From the human T2T-CHM13v2.0 reference genome, Homo sapiens: a stretch of 64,000 nucleotides of DNA. Location: the NCBI RefSeq assembly GCF_009914755.1, contig NC_060927.1; one strand, written 5' to 3'. Both the position numbers and the translations under genes were made by a program. The notes below the pieces were generated by a model. That model worked only from the letters and a program-made list of their open reading frames with translations. It ran no database searches and was not told the DNA's origin. Below, in pieces: positions 62,495-64,000 of this stretch (within the stretch, counting starts at the first letter, position 1; each line of letters begins with the position of its first letter).

Positions 62495-64000
62495 AAGTAA
62501 CGGGAGCAATTTTATGCCAGGACTGATAACCCCTTATCCAATCACTGACATCTGGCTAGAAGTCCCCAGACACTAAACCCTCACCCCTCAACAGAGGAGG
62601 TATCAGTTCCCTCTGGTCATTTGCAGCTGCCTCCAGGCCTTGAGTGAGGCTGCCAGAACTGGGCCCAGTAAAGTGGGGTAGTCCGAGCATGAAACACTTA
62701 CTCCAAGACAGGAGGGGCTCGGCCCTGAGGCTGGATCTACCCCTGGGCCAATATTTCTGGTGCCAACTAAGAGTGCCAGGCATTGTACATAGGGATGGAT
62801 GATAAGACATGATACAGTCACAGCACCAGGGAAGTAGAAAAGGAAAGAAGGGACGCTTCCTTGGCTCCAAGGAGGGGATGGTATCTGAAGATGGGCAAGA
62901 CTTGGAGATGGAGAGAAGGAGCACCCCAACAGTGGGAATGACAAAAGCAAAGGCAAGTAGGCTGGAAAGCACTGGCTGTGCAGCTAGCGCTGCAGCGGGA
63001 GCTGGGGACAAGGGGACAGAGATCCGGCAACGGTGCAGAGTAGGCCCAGAAGAGATGACAATGCTATCTTCAAGGCGGTGTTTGGAGACCTGGTCAAATC
63101 CCAAGATCTGCCCAGACTGACCCTATGGCCAAGGGCCCTCAGTTTTCTACCGTGAACTAGTGCAAAGTTTCTCAAATATTAGGGTCATTAGGATCACCTG
63201 GGACAGGTTGCCAGGCTCCTCCTCCAGCGAGGACCTTCAGAGGTCCCAGGGTCTAGGGACTTTCTCAGGAGAGGTGAAAGCTGAGTAAAGAATGGCCAAG
63301 GGCCCAAGAGGACACTGTGGGCAGACAGTACAGCATGTATAAGGCCCACTCCCTACATAGCTAAGGTATGAGGTGCATGTAGACAAAGGAGGAGAGGTGA
63401 AGCCAGAGAAGTGGACCAGGCTCACAACACAACAGCCCTACCAATAAACTGGGACTTCACCCCGTAGGCAACAAGGAGCTATCAGAGACTCCCGAAGCCT
63501 GTAGGATCCTGGCAACAGCTCCCCTAGTCACTCACATAATACAACTCCTGTCTCAGCATGCTTCCCCAACCAACATCAGTCTCCACCCTTTAATATTACC
63601 TACTACTCCTTAAAATCTGGCCTCGGATCCCCTCTGTACAACTATTAGGTCAAAATCAAATAAGCAATTTGACCTAGGCAATTCACACTATGTCAGAAAC
63701 ACATCTCAGACAAGGAGAGCCAGGCAGTGAAGACAGATGATAAACAGAGATGGAAGCTGTCATGGAGGCAGACTGGTCCAGCCTGGGACAAGGCGGCCAG
63801 CTGTGCTCTCCCCAGATCATATCTGTTCCTCTTGAGCTTTCTCTTCCTCATTCGGAGGAACTCCAGGCTTCTCTAAATGGGTTCATGACCCTTGGAGGAA
63901 GGGGAAAAAGGGACACAGAGAGGAGATAAGATGGTTCACAATGAGTTTGACCAGATCCTACTGAAATACCTTAAGAGCAATGAGAAGTGTCACTGCAACT

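Overview
Primate (very likely human) repeat-rich genomic DNA lying inside XXYLT1 (xyloside alpha-1,3-xylosyltransferase 1, minus strand). The only protein-coding piece I can support is a 148-bp internal exon (20588-20735); the rest is intron. The standout structure is a U6 snRNA-L1 chimeric retrocopy. A full-length U6 (8666-8772, ending in T5) is fused directly to about 4.4 kb of a young L1PA2-like element that starts inside ORF1 and ends without a poly(A) tail or a matching 3' TSD. Other content: an apparently full-length old L1MA element with a repeated 5'UTR, about 25 Alus, MaLR and ERV1 solo LTRs (one with a nested L1), MER DNA transposons, L2 and MIR fragments, a 45-bp VNTR that appears to derive from L2, an intragenic CpG island, and several local template-switch rearrangements. 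Almost all ORFs in the supplied track are spurious or repeat-derived. Repeat subfamily names come from recalled consensus sequences and repeat boundaries are approximate. U6-L1 chimeras are a known class, and I found no clearly new biological system.
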